Of a DNA stretch of 64,000 bases, positions 1 to 13,200 are shown in pieces. Source of the stretch: Macrostomum hystrix. Its lineage: Eukaryota > Animalia > Platyhelminthes. Position 1 is the first letter of the stretch; each line of letters begins with the position of its first letter. The position numbers and the translations under genes were made by a program. The notes under the pieces were generated by a model that saw only the letters and a list, made by a program, of their open reading frames with translations, had not been told where the DNA came from and ran no database searches. The stretch covers positions 16,554,001 to 16,618,000 of the forward strand of contig CATNEN010000039.1 of NCBI GenBank assembly GCA_950097015.1. Direction: 5' to 3'.

Positions 1-200
1 ATTTGACAAGAAAAAAATGACACTCGAATCAAGTAGAAATTAACAAATGAGACTTAGCAAAGGGAGGCAGGAAATGATAATTAAAAATAGTAAAAAAACA
101 CAAAACACACATTAACACTCGCGCCATCTACTATTTACTCCGAACGTAAAATAGACAAGAGTCACTAATTGTCAATAAAAGTAAGACAGGCTGTTTGATT

Positions 201-866
201 TTAGCAAGCATCGCTAGCTGGCAGAGCTTGAATTGGTGTTTCTACTTTCTTCTCAACTAGGGCAGCGGCCAGCTCAGCGGCGTGATTGTCGCCGTTAGAA
301 TTGGCGCTGTCTCCGTTCAGCCTGCTGGATTTCTCCTCGGCTGAGTCGGCTGGCGGCTGAGCAGCGGGACGATCGGTGGAGTCCTTGCCGGCGTCGCCAT
401 TCGACTCTGACTTCTCGTCGCTGCTAGCAGGTTTAGCTTCCGTCTCTGGCTTATCACCATCGGCCTTCTTTTCTTCAACTACTGGCACCGGTTTCTCTTG
501 TTTGTCCGTGTCTTCTTTCTTAGCCTCCTCTGCCGTCCCCTCCTCCTCCTTCTTCTGTTCCTTAACAGATTCCTCTTTGTCCTCAGTCTTCTCGGCGCAA
601 TCTTCCTCTGCAGAAGCATTGGCCTTCTGTACAGCAGATTCAATCTCCATTTTCTCTTCAGCCTCCGGTTGAGCGGTTTCTGATTCCGGTTCCTTCTTGG
701 CGGCGGCTTTCTTTGTTGGCGAGGCGCGCGACTTCTTTGGCGACGGCTCAGCTGAAACTGGGGCAGATGTCGTTGCGGGCGGCGCCTCGTCCTCTTTGGC
801 GGCTAGACGCGACGAACGACGACGTGGCTCGGCAGCCTCGCCAACTGAGCGCTTTCCACGGGGCAT
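201..866 (-). CDS. HMGN-like basic-head/acidic-tail chromatin protein (221 aa, single coding exon)
   Basis: ATG at 866, stop at 201-203, GC-rich ORF in AT-rich flanks, with a splice-acceptor-like TTTTTTAAG about 15 nt upstream. The N-terminus MPRGKR...EPRRRSSRLAAK and later KKAAAK resemble HMGN1 (PKRK...EPKRRSARLSAK...PKKAAAK). The rest is E/K/D/A-rich and disordered. The ORF is well supported; the family call is tentative. Confidence 0.75.
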   Translation of the reverse strand: MPRGKRSVGEAAEPRRRSSRLAAKEDEAPPATTSAPVSAEPSPKKSRASPTKKAAAKKEPESETAQPEAEEKMEIESAVQKANASAEEDCAEKTEDKEESVKEQKKEEEGTAEEAKKEDTDKQEKPVPVVEEKKADGDKPETEAKPASSDEKSESNGDAGKDSTDRPAAQPPADSAEEKSSRLNGDSANSNGDNHAAELAAALVEKKVETPIQALPASDAC

Positions 867-2878
867 TGTTTTGTAGATTATCTTAAAAAACGGAAAAAAA
901 GGTGCAGTGATATTTATCTGATTTGGCTGTCTGTATGTCAGGTTGTGTCAATAGAAGTTTCCAGACCTAACAGAGCTGTTGAATATCGTGACAATTAGTC
1001 TGCAAAAAAATTAAGTTGTTGTACAGAAAATCGTTGATTATATTTAATATCTCTTTAAGGCTTTTAAATTGTGTTAATAACTAGATAATATATAATATAA
1101 TAACTAAATAACTAAACATTCTATATATGTATATAAACATTCTAAACATTCTACATTCATTCTAAATATTTGATAGTCACAAAATATGTATAACACAAAA
1201 ATATTTTACCAGCTACATTGTACAAGCCATGGCACATCTTCAATTTCAATATTGAATATACGCTTCAAGATACTGAATAGTTTGGTAAGAAACTTACATT
1301 ATTTACATTTCAACATTGTATTATTAACACCCTCAACAATATATTTAATCTAATAAGTCATTTAAAATAATTCAAAATCTAGCTTTAACACAAATACACT
1401 TTTTTTGAAATAGCACAAGGTGCATCAACAACAAATCCAGATAGGTTTTGTATCAGAACACATGCTACACTTTCCTGACTATGGACCATATTTGAAATGG
1501 TGGCCTGTATGCTGGAATATTCTGGAGTGCCGAAGCATCCACACAGCAATTTGGCATATATATTTTAGGCATATGAAAAGGAAAGAAAGACTCATTGGTG
1601 TGTCACAGCAAACATTTTAAGCCTTTAAAAAGGAAAAAATATACTGTGTGCAGCTTGCAAAATAAATGACAATTTATACATGAATGTATGTAGGCCTAAT
1701 CATTGGACATATAGATATAGCATGCATGTCATTCTATATCATGTCAAACTAAACTATAGACAAAAATACATTTGTTTAAGGTTTAATTATAATTTATTTG
1801 AATTTAAATTTCTCAATATTTTATTTACATTATTTGATGCAAACCCATTGATTTGTCACATTTTTGAGGTTTTATATTTGGTTGTTTAACATGCAATTTT
1901 AAATGCTGCAAAAGTCATGTACATGTATTAGTGGTTAGGCCTATTGCTTAGAAACTAAGCACAAAACATAGGGGCCTAAATGTTTTCCTGAATAAACACT
2001 ATTTAAATGATTGTCACTTTAATATTCTTCTTAATGCAAACACTTTTGGCTTCAATAACCTTAAGACCTGGGTTTTTGTGCCATTCTGGTGTACAGCACA
2101 CACTAAGTTGAAACCTGTACAATAAAATCGGACCTACTGTGAGCAATCGCACACTTTCTTCAGGCTTCAGCCAAAAACAGTTTAAAACTTCAATTGTTAT
2201 GACAGACCTATAAGTGATGACTGATGTTCATAGTAGCTGTTGCATAGCTACATTAATCGAATTAAATAGATAAAAATATCAGTACATGTTTTAAAAAACA
2301 TAGTAATAAAATGTGAAGGTGAACACAGATTCATGGCTGCCTACGCGTGTGGACATAGATTAATAATATTAATCTATATATACATAGTGACATACAGAGA
2401 GGAAATCTAAAATATGTTAGTTGTAGCCGTAATTCAGACGTAACTTGAGGACTGAACATTACGCTGCCAAATTTTTAGATAAGACGACACTTGCCACAGT
2501 CATAAGTAACATTTCTTTCTTATACAAACGCTAGGGCAGGGCCACGCTTTAAACCCAAAACAGAAATGGCGGACACCTGAAATTTACATTTTAAATAAAG
2601 AAATAAATAGCAATATTTGGTACTTGAAAATTGCAGTTTGGCTCAATGATTTATTTTTACAACATTTGCACTTGTAAACTAATAGATCAGAAATATTAAT
2701 ATATGTTGGTGTGTTGTTTTGTTTTAATCGGTTTACAATAGCAACGAGCATATTTGAATGAAACTATTTAGCGAGTTTCAGAACATATAAGTAAGAATTA
2801 CATCCGAATACATTTTTCTGTGGTGCAAATCTGATTCGAAGCTTCTAGTCTTTACCTGACTACGTTTATCTAAACGAC

Positions 2879-4126
2879 ATGACTTCATACAAGGTAGATA
2901 TTCTATTAGTTTGTTGTCTTATAAACATCATTTAATTCTATAAGTACACATTTTATATATAAAAAATGTATGGGCGTAAAATGCGCTATTGAAAGCTTTT
3001 TTGTTTAAGAAGTTATAAAAAATTCAAGCAAAAGTCGCAATAAAGAGTCGTGATGATATTTCGAAAATATTCCTGTTAAAACCACTGATGCATGTATATT
3101 TATTGGCAGTTTATTGTTACTGCGGTTAATTCATGAGTAATTAATCTGAGTATTTTATTGAAATTATTGTTTTTAGGCTGCTGATTCAAAGAGGGAGGAG
3201 TTTCGCAAGTACCTAGAAAAGGCTGGTGTGCTTGATGCATTGACAAAAGGTGAGTTGCTTTCTATTTTCGTGTTTTTATAAAATTATACCCTTTAGCTGC
3301 TTGATTAAAGTGTTTCTGCTAAGTTATCACTTAATTAGTTGTATTTGATGCTGGAAGCAATAAAAATCTAGCTGAATAAATAAAATAATTTTCTTGTGAT
3401 CCTTCACTCTGCCAATGAACATGCATAGCGATTTTTTAAGTCGTGACTATCTTATATCCAAATGGCAGTAAAATGCTAAAAAGTCCTAGGACTACCAAAG
3501 TGGTATTTTTAACAATTTTTTGCCTAAAATCTTTTAATTTCTTTCTAAAACAAATAGATTACCTATAAATAAAACAATCATACTTGGTACTCCGCTAACA
3601 AAGTCAAATTTATGCCAAAATATTTTTTATCTAGTCCTTGTTGGCCTGTATGAGGAGCCTGAGAAGCCGAACAATGCATTGGAGTTCCTGAAACTGCACC
3701 TCGGCACAGCCGGGCCGGACGCGCCCGATGTTGAGGCCATGAAAGTTGAGATCACCGAGCTGAGAACTCGAGTCGAACAGTTAGAAGCTCAGAATCAGGA
3801 ACTTAGGGGACGGGTAAATTATATCCCATGTTTTCTTTGATAAATTGAATTAACTGTTTCCAAGCCGTCTAAACATTGAATGACGTTCCTGGAATCCTGC
3901 AATACAACTCTTAGACGCATTGTATCTAACTAAATATAGTTTTCACTTTCATACACCAACCAAGTTTTCAGCCAATCAAAACGCAGGCATCCAAACCTCA
4001 ACTAATCAAGCACCAGTCAAATTATTTAAAATAATAGTGCGTCAGATATGCATGTGGCTCTCACCCTTCACTCTTTTGCAGCTGCAGCAATTTGAATCTG
4101 CCCAAGCGGAGGGTGCTGATGAATAA
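2879..4126 (+). CDS. MYCBP: c-Myc-binding protein (AMY-1); exons 2879-2893, 3177-3249, 3635-3813, 4082-4126
   Basis: The spliced translation MTSYK/AADSKREEFRKYLEKAGVLDALTK/VLVGLYEEPEKPNNALEFLKLHLG...ELRGR/LQQFESAQAEGADE* matches MYCBP. All introns are GT-AG with compatible phases; AATAAA near 4384. Confidence 0.95.
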
Positions 4127-4499
4127 CTACAGTTCGAGCTCAAAGTTTTCCAGCAACTGGGGAGACAGCTTCTAGCGTCAAATAGTAGCACTGTTTGTAC
4201 TTTTCTGAATAATGAACCTGGAACATTACATTTCAAGTTAGACTTTAAGGTTTAATTTCGTGATAAATGGGATCACAGTTATTTACGCATAGTGTCTCAC
4301 AAAATTAACTATTTCCTGTCTCTGTCCCGTCTGTGATTTTTTTATACTTCTGGCCTGGCTAATTTTGTGAGAAATTTTGTTAAAATAAAAAGCAACATAG
4401 ACCCCTGACTTGTTGATTTTTACATCTAAAACCATGCCCTTTAAATGAATTGCGTCTAAGTAATGTTTAAAGTTTAGTAGGACGAAATTGCAAAAAAAT

Positions 4500-6675
4500 G
4501 AGATGGGGAGATGTGAGGAGATAAGATGCAGTGTCGGAAGATGAGATCCAGTGTGGGAAGATGAGATGCAGTGTGGGAAGAGAAGATGCTGTGCGGGGAG
4601 AGAAGATGCAAGTGTGGGAAGATGAGATGCAGTGTGGGAAGAGAAGATGCAGTGTGGGAAGATGAGATGCAGTGTGGGAAGAGAAGATGCTGTGCGGGGA
4701 GAGAAGATGCAAGTGTGGGAAGATGAGATGCAGTGTGGGAAGAGAAGATGCAGTGTGGGAAGAGAAGATGCAGTATAGGAAGAGAAGATGCAGTGTGGGA
4801 AGAGAAGATCCAGTGTGGGAAGAGAAGATGCAGTGTGGGAAAAGAAGATGCAGTGTGGGAAGAGAAGATGCAGTGTGGGAAGATGCAGTGTGGGAAAAGA
4901 AGATGCAGTATGGGAAGAGAAGATGCAGTGTGGGAAGAGAAGATGCAGTGTGAGGAGATGTGATGCAGTGTGGGAAGATGCAGTGTGAGGAGATGTGATG
5001 CAGTGTGGGAAGATGAGATGCAGTGTGGGAAAAGAAGATGCAAGTGTGGGAAGATGAGATGCAGTGTGGGAAGAGAAGATGCAAGTGAGTGTGGGAAGAG
5101 AAGATGCAGTGTGGGAAGAGAAGATGCAGTGTGGGAAGAGAAGATGCAGTGTGAGGAGATGTGATCCAGTGTGGGAAGATGAGATGCAGTGTAGGACGAG
5201 AAGATGGAGTGTGGGAAGATGAGATGCAGTGTGGGAAGAGAAGATGCAAGTGAGTGTGGGAAGAGAAGATGTAGTGTGGGAAGAGAAGATGCAGTGTGGG
5301 AAGAGAAGATGCAGTGTGGGAAAAGAAGATGCAAGTTAGTGTGGGAAGAGAAGATGCAATGTGGGAAGATGCAGTGTGGGAAGAGAAGATGCAGTATGGG
5401 AAGAGAAGATGCAGTATGGGAAGAGAAGATGCAGTGTGGGAAGAGAAGATGCAGTGTGGGAAGAGAAGATGCAGTGTGGGAAGAGAAGATGCAGTGTGGG
5501 AAGAGAAGATGCAGTGTGGGAAGAGAAGATGCAGTATGGGAAGAGAAGATGCAGTGTGGGAAGAGAAGATGCAGTGTGGGAAGAGAAGATGCAGTGTGGG
5601 AAGAGAAGATGCAGTATGGGAAGAGAAGATGCAGTGTGGGAAGAGAAGATGCAGTGTGGGAAGATGCAGTGTGGGAAAAGAAGATGCAGTATGGGAAGAG
5701 AAGATGCAGTGTGGGAAGAGAAGATGCAGTGTGAGGAGATGTGATGCAGTGTGGGAAGATGCAGTGTGAGGAGATGTGATGCAGTGTGGGAAGATGAGAT
5801 GCAGTGTGGGAAAAGAAGATGCAAGTGTGGGAAGAGAAGATGCAGTGTGAGGAGATGTGATGCAGTGTGGGAAGATGAGATGCAGTGTGGGAAGAGAAGA
5901 TGCAAGTGTGGGAAGAGAAGATGCAGTGTGAGGAGATGTGATCCAGTGTGGGAAGATGAGATGCAGTGTGGGAAGAGAAGATGCAAGTGAGTGTGGGAAG
6001 AGAAGATGCAAGTGAGTGTGGGAAGAGAAGATGCAAGTGAGTGTGGGAAGAGAAGATGCAAGTGAGTGTGGGAAAAGAAGATGCAGTATGGGAAGAGAAG
6101 ATGCAGTGTGGGAAGAGAAGATGCAGTGTGAGGAGATGTGATGCAGTGTGGGAAGATGCAGTGTGAGGAGATGTGATGCAGTGTGGGAAGATGAGATGCA
6201 GTGTGGGAAAAGAAGATGCAAGTGTGGGAAGAGAAGATGCAGTGTGAGGAGATGTGATGCAGTGTGGGAAGAGAAGATGCAAGTGTGGGAAGAGAAGATG
6301 CAGTGTGAGGAGATGTGATCCAGTGTGGGAAGATGAGATGCAGTGTGGGAAGAGAAGATGCAAGTGAGTGTGGGAAGAGAAGATGCAAGTGAGTGTGGGA
6401 AGAGAAGATGCAGTGTGGGAAGAGAAGATGCAGTGTGGGAAGAGAAGATGCAGTGTGGGAAGAGAAGATGCAGTGTGGGAAGAGAAGATGCAGTGTGGGA
6501 AGAGAAGATGCAGTGTGGGAAGTGAAGATGCAGTGTAGGGAGATGAGATGCAGTGTAGGGAGATGAGATGCAGTGTTAGGGAGATGAGATGCAGTGTAGG
6601 GAGATGAGATGCAGTGTAGGGAGATGAGATGCAGGGTAGGGAGATGAGATGCAGTGTAGGGAGATGTGATGGGAG
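4500..6675. repeat. Minisatellite, about 20-bp unit AAGAGAAGATGCAGTGTGGG
   Basis: Direct tandem periodicity; it accounts for the repetitive ORFs at 4467-6525. Confidence 0.97.
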
Positions 6676-7175
6676 AGAGTTTGCGAAGCTAGTGCAGACA
6701 CCTTTTATTTTGCTGCAACGAAGATCGACTTGTCAAGTAAAATACTAAATTTTGTTTTGAATATATTTTCATCAGAGGGGCACTTACTACACCAATGTAA
6801 AAGTATTGCTTAAGTCTCTATAGCTCTATGACATTTGTGCTTTTGCGATTAAACAAAATTTATTTGCGAAAATCACGCTCGACATGCTAATTTAAAACGC
6901 CCCCAGAATTTAATTGTTAAGATGTACTTTAGATTTCGCTTTGCTTTAGTTCAAGTACCGGCTAGCAGTCTATGGCAATTTACAGCAACCTGCATGAAAT
7001 CGCACTTCTGTACCATCGACGGCTCAAATCGAAGTCTAGGGGCGAACCTTCTCCTATTCCACTTTAGTTTCGCTTAAGAATTGGAGAGAGAATTTGAGCA
7101 GTCGCAGAAAGGACTAAAAATTTACTAGAGGAGTTCTGCTTGCATCCAAGCTTTACTGCTGTCGACAGTGTCACT

Positions 7176-8006
7176 ATGGCCAGCAATATCGCACCTACTG
7201 CTTTGGCACCGCTCAGCCACAAGAAGAATTTGAACAAGAAGCGTCGGCAGCACAAAAAACCGGAGCAAGTACAAACTGGGGAGACAGTCCAGCAGACGAC
7301 GACAGACAACCCGGTGGGCCGGCTGCAGCAGCTGAGTCAGCATCGATTCTGGCCGCTGCCCTTCTACACTTTCGAGTGCCAAAACGAAGACGATCCAAGC
7401 CGGCGACGATTCACCTGCTCCGTTCAACTGCAAGGCCAGAAGGCCAAAGGCTCCGGAAATTCTAAGAAGCTGGCGAAGCGAACAGCCGCCCTGGCAATGC
7501 TGAAGCTGACTGAAGACTCTCCAGACAGATTCCAGACGGTGTCTCAAGACCAAGCAAAGCAGCCATCGGCTGTGGTCCCTCTGGACGAGAGCAGATTCCA
7601 GGGGCTTAAATCGTCGAAGCGGTTACAATCGGCAGCTCGATGCGGCGGCGAGGTTGGAGGTCTTTTTCGCGGCGTACGAAACCGCAAAGCCGGAGCGATC
7701 CTGCCGCCGATCGAGGCGCCGACGGAGAACGCCAGCTCGGGCAGCGCCAGCGACCAGCTGCTTGAACTCAGTCGTCAGCACCGATTCAGCTTGTCCTTCC
7801 TTGACTCCATCTCCAGTTCTGATGCTCCTGGCTCTATTCAACGTCGCGCAGTCGTTAAACTGTCCACCATGCCGACAATCGTTGCTGTTGGCAGCGGAGC
7901 AAACGTCGGGATGGCGCGCGAGCAGGCGTGCCGAGCGGCAATGGAATACCTGTGCTTGCTCACGCGGGAATCCACCGGCTTACCGGCTGCGGGCAAGAAA
8001 GCCTGA
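7176..8006 (+). CDS. PACT/TRBP/Loquacious-family dsRNA-binding protein, intronless, two dsRBDs
   Basis: First ATG at 7176. Canonical dsRBD NPVGRLQQLSQHRFWPLPFYTF...GSGNSKKLAKRTAALAML, and a C-terminal type-B dsRBD LLELSRQHRFSLSFLD...KLSTMPTIVAVGSG...AREQACRAAMEYL resembling PACT/TRBP dsRBD3. AATAAA near 8031. Confidence 0.88.
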   Translation: MASNIAPTALAPLSHKKNLNKKRRQHKKPEQVQTGETVQQTTTDNPVGRLQQLSQHRFWPLPFYTFECQNEDDPSRRRFTCSVQLQGQKAKGSGNSKKLAKRTAALAMLKLTEDSPDRFQTVSQDQAKQPSAVVPLDESRFQGLKSSKRLQSAARCGGEVGGLFRGVRNRKAGAILPPIEAPTENASSGSASDQLLELSRQHRFSLSFLDSISSSDAPGSIQRRAVVKLSTMPTIVAVGSGANVGMAREQACRAAMEYLCLLTRESTGLPAAGKKA

Positions 8007-10236
8007 GCGATCGAGTCTAAAGATGTCTAAAAATAAAAGAACTCAACATGACTAAGCGGAGCATTGAGATCATGAGCGCAGTATTTTAGTTTTCTCAATC
8101 TTTCCCTGCTATGCGCCAAATACGATTCGTGCTCAATCGCAAACTGAAATGAAACAACCATGTTTCATAGAAATGTTCATATAAACGTAGAACAAAAATG
8201 AAGCGAAGCCAAATGTGCCAAAGCTATATACAAATGTGGAGCATGCTTCAATTTAAGTTTGTGAAAGCTTTAAAAAAGATACTGGTTTCATATTTTTTTC
8301 AGCATTTCATAATTTAAGCTAATTTATAGCTTGGTAATACATTATTGAGCAGTGTAATTTGCAGTGTGGTAGTTTACTATCAAGGCGAAGATCATAGCAT
8401 GGAAATCAACAGAATTGGTTATTTTAGGTGTTATGTCCCGTGACTGATGTGACTGATATCGCCCCTTTTGATCGCGTCTCGCTTAAGAAGCGTTGCCGGC
8501 TCCATGCGATGGAGAACCGAGCCTCATCCCTCCATTCCCTAACTACCCCACCTTGTTATTGGTAGCTTGGGTGTGATTGAGTGACCCCGATCCCATGGAC
8601 CAAGGGGAAAGACCAGGGTTGTGAGAAGTTAGGACCTGCTAGACAAGGCTGCCACCGGCAGCCACCTATACGGTACAGCACAACTGGCTGAACCTAACGA
8701 AATGTGGCTTCAGCTCTAAAAGAGAGGATTTGCTTAAGCTCATCTCCAAGGGGCCATGGCCAAAGATTGGGCCTCTATGCGAGGTATTCTTAAGGAGTAG
8801 ACGGTTCAGCAACACAGAGGACTTTTGCATAGGGGATTCTTGGGATGCAGCTAAGACATAAACGGAAAGCCCAATCCAATGTCGAGAGTTTCCAAAAAGA
8901 GACAGCTAGCCGACGTGTACGTTCTGTTGTGAAAATTAATAACACGGAACACGGAGATTTTTGTCTATAAGCCAAGCGCGTGAGTCGCGCGGAAAGTTTT
9001 GTTTTGGCCAATAAAGCTGGGGATCGAGCTCGTTCATTTATACGCCGAGAGAAGGGTGACGAAAGTTCTAGAAAACAAGTAAACAATTGTCATGATCGAA
9101 CTTTCTAGAATCCTATAACCTTAGTGCGCTGTTTCAATATGCACAACAACAGAGAGTACCATGAAGTCTAACCGATGGACTCAGCGATCCGGTGGAGACT
9201 GTGCTTAGAGGGCGCCGAAAAGGTTTTATAGGAACTGTACACAGGTTAGAGTCCTGACCTGGTCCTGAACGTCAAATGAACGGAAGGTTCTGATAAGGAC
9301 CAAACAGCATTCGAAGATAGGAGACGGGACGAATGGTCGGAGACGAAGATAAGATATCGGTAGGGGTCCACCGAATGGTCTGATCGAATCCACGCGCCGC
9401 ACCACTTGCTTAAATAGAGCCCAGAGTCACGCTCGCTCACGCCGTGATCGCGTGATCAGCCCGAGCCTGACCTTCTTGTCAAGCAGCCAATTACAAGCAA
9501 ATCACATGCTTCGCCAGCCGATCGGTGATTGGTTAGAAGGTTAATGGTCAATACATATTAAGGTCACGACAAAGCCTACTAAATATACCACTGCTCCTTG
9601 AAAACATTGTGGGTATACGCGTAAGTATACGCACATTTTGAATATCTGCTGCCGAAAAATACTAGTGGTGATATAAAATTTTGGTTTTATCTAATCTAAA
9701 ATAATATGATAATTTAATATAATTTTAATATTTAAAGGGTCATTTACAAAGTCAATATTTGAATTTTTATACTTCGTACCAATTGTACCATTTATAGTGT
9801 GTCCGGAAATTTAGCATTGAAAATTGTTTTATTTTTTTTTCGCTTTTTCAACAAGGTATTAAGTTATTTATTTATAAGATAGAGAAAAAACTTTTTTTCT
9901 GAATTAATGACCTAAAATGTGTACGTTATAAGTAACCACCAGGAACAAATTATTACTTGTTACTTTGTTACTTTTTCGTAGAAAATCGTGCTACCAGATT
10001 TTATGCTATAAACTATAAACTTTTCAGCTTTTCTGCTATAAATTATAAACTTTTTGCCTAAAATTTATCTGCTTAATACTATTTTCTCTTAAATCTCGCA
10101 CAAACTTCTGCTTGTATTTTTCTACTGGCTGCTTAAAGTATCAGCTATCTAGATACTAGAAGGTTCATTCAACTTTATTACACTCTGATTTTTTCTAGGG
10201 TAGTCTAGCAAGCTAATTAATTAGTAGGCCCCTACC

Positions 10237-13200
10237 ATGCAGTTGCAGACTATTTTTGTAGGACAACTCCTCGCTTCACTTATTGTTTGCTTCAGTTGTG
10301 TAGAAGTGACATCTAACAAAGGAAATAAATACTACACTAGACTGCAGATTGATGATAAATCTGTTGTAAAAAATGCTGCTTCGATGTTTTATGGTATTGG
10401 AGCTATTAGTGGTGGAGGTGTAAGTCAAGTCAATTTTTTTAAGTTGCTTTCATTTATAAACTGTGTATTTTGGCCAATGACTATATTATGGAGGCATTGC
10501 ATATTAATAATATTAGCTTTTGTTCCTATAGAGCAAAATATAGTACATTAATTCTTAATCATTTATCCTCAATTTTTTAATTATTGGATAGTGGACACTT
10601 TGTTAAATCACATGGATACAGAATTTCAAATTTTATATATAATCATAAAAGTTAAAACATACTTAACAGCTGTGCATATAATTTAGCAATTCAAAACTTT
10701 TGTATTTACACATAAACTAGGCCTACTTTTTTAATAACTTGTCAAATTCAGATGTATAGAAAATATGTATTTATAAGATTTATAATATATATAGCATCTG
10801 CTGTTGTTTTGCAAGTGGACTGAATCTGTTTGATGCCAAAAGGGTTATGGCAATACATAATAAAGGCTGAAATGACTAGCTACCAACTTTCAGTACATTA
10901 GAAAGTATTTTTTTCTGCTTAGGAAATGCCTAATTATTGTAACTAATTATAATAATCTTGCTAGGGTCTTTGATAACACCCTAATCTGATGTAATTGGGC
11001 TATCTTTATTTTATATACCTAACTTAACTGAGACAAACTTGATCTAGGCATTTTTAAGAAACATACACTTCTCTTTTATTTTGATTACTTCTAACAGGCA
11101 ACATCGAAACTGCTACAAAACTATCTGCCAAGTCAGAGAGCTGAAATATTAGATTACTTGTTTCTGGTAAGTATTTAAGAGTTTGGTCATATGCTAAATA
11201 AGCAGAAAGCAATTTTTTTACCTAAAAAGGAAACTAATGTAAGCAATTTTACCTTATTGGATTCAAAATTAAACTACAACCTCTCTTTTCTAACAGCCAA
11301 ACTTTGGAGCCTCGCTTCATATGCTCAAAGTGGAGATTGGAGGCGACTCTCAGAGCACAGAGGGTACCGAAGCATCGCACATGCATCACAGCTGGGATTT
11401 GAATTACAATCGCGGCTACGAGTGGTGGCTAATGAAGGAGGCTAAGAAGGTTAAATACATGTTCCTAAATCGATAACATTTTACTGAATTAGTGCTTGAC
11501 TCTTGCTATAGTAAAGCTTAGTTAGCAGCAGTTCCACCCTAGCTGTAATAAAGCTATGCCCCAAAAAGGAAAAGTTATACTTATAGCTATTTAGCTAGTC
11601 TAATCTTCAGCATGTTTACTTATTTTCGTTTTTTTAAGTTTTACTAATTTGATCACCATTTTTTCAGAGGAATCCCAACATCACACTCTATGGCCTGCCC
11701 TGGGCTTTTCCCGGCTGGGTTGGAAACGGTACGTTGAGTCCATACAATTATCCGAGCTTAACGGCAGATTACGTGCTCAAATGGGTACAGGGAGCCAAGG
11801 ACTATTACAATCTTACCATCGACTACCTGGGTGTAAGTTCCTCAGTGATTGCTATTTAGACGTGAAACTCGGTGAAGCTCAGTCTTGGTGTAACCTTCAA
11901 AATAACAAAATAAACTCGTCAGATCTGGAACGAGCGAGCTTACGATGTGAAATACGTTCGCATACTTCGCGCCGTACTCGACCACGCCGGCTTTACAAAC
12001 ACTCGCCTAGTAGTTGGCGACGGCGACTGGAGCCCGGCTAACGATGTCCTGACTGATCCGCAGTTCGCCGCGGCAACTTTCGCTCTTGGCGCCCATTATC
12101 CCGGCACTTTGTCATCGGACGAAGCTAAGCGTTCTGGCAAGCCGTTGTGGGCGTCGGAAGATTTCAGCACATTTAATGACGACATTGGAAGCGGATGCTG
12201 GGCTAGGATATTAAATAGGAACTACGTTGACGGCGGCATGACTAGTAGCATTGCGTGGAATCTGGTGGCAGCTTATTATGATAACCTTCCATTTCCTCGC
12301 TGCTCTCTGATGACCGCTAATGAGCCCTGGTCTGGTCACTACGAGGTTACTGGGCCGCTTTGGATGACCGCTCATACAACTCAGTTTGCATGGCCTGGCT
12401 GGTATTATCTACCAGTTGGCGGCGGCTCCGGACGACTTAACAATGGCGGCAGCTACGTGGCCCTGACCGATCCTGGAGTTAAAGAATTGACACTGATTTT
12501 CGAAACTATGGTAAGGTTAAGAAGGCCAGAGCTTTGATTTTCATAAGAGATCGAGTATCACTTACTAGCTTTATCTAGGAAATTTCCACCGAAGGAGGAG
12601 TTCCACTCTCTTGCTACATTGAAATCTCCGCCTAAGGAGGAGTTCCACTCTCTTGCTACATTGAAATTTCCGCCTAAGGAGGAGTTCCACTCTCTAGCTA
12701 ATACTGCTAATATCCCATGCCTAGTTTATTTTTTACTATTTTTAGAGCCACGATCATTCAGAGTGCATCAGGCCGGCACTGCCGCCGTATAACGTGACGC
12801 CACAGAATGTGACCATCAGTTTATCTGGCGCCTTTGCTTCCATAACTCAACTATACTATTGGAAATCTGTGCTCAGTTACAAGCAGGGTGTTCCATCCAC
12901 CTATTTTGTTAAGCAGGCACCTTTGAAGGTAAGAATTAAATAGTAATATTAATTTCTCAGTCTTTTAGACGAAGCATTGTCTCCCCAAAAGTTGCAGCGT
13001 TTGTTTACCCAAGTCAATCAGACTGTTACTCTTCTGTACTCAAATTTCCAGGTTAACTCCGGTAAATTCACGCTATTCCTAGACGTCGACGTTGTAGTTA
13101 CATTGTCAACTGTTGCCACGGCCAACAAAGGACAGAGATCTCAGCCGCCGCCATCGAAGCCGTTCCCACTGCCGTACAGTGACAATTTCCAGAGTGCGTG

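Noticed and set aside
376-683. Plus-strand Ser-rich and hydrophobic ORFs
   Set aside because: Antisense shadows of the E/K-rich minus-strand gene. The same applies to 61912-62451, 33296-34088 and 41515-41855.
4467-6525. Long His/Ser/Leu-rich ORFs in several frames
   Set aside because: They are translations of a 20-bp minisatellite that is stop-free on one strand, open in all three frames.
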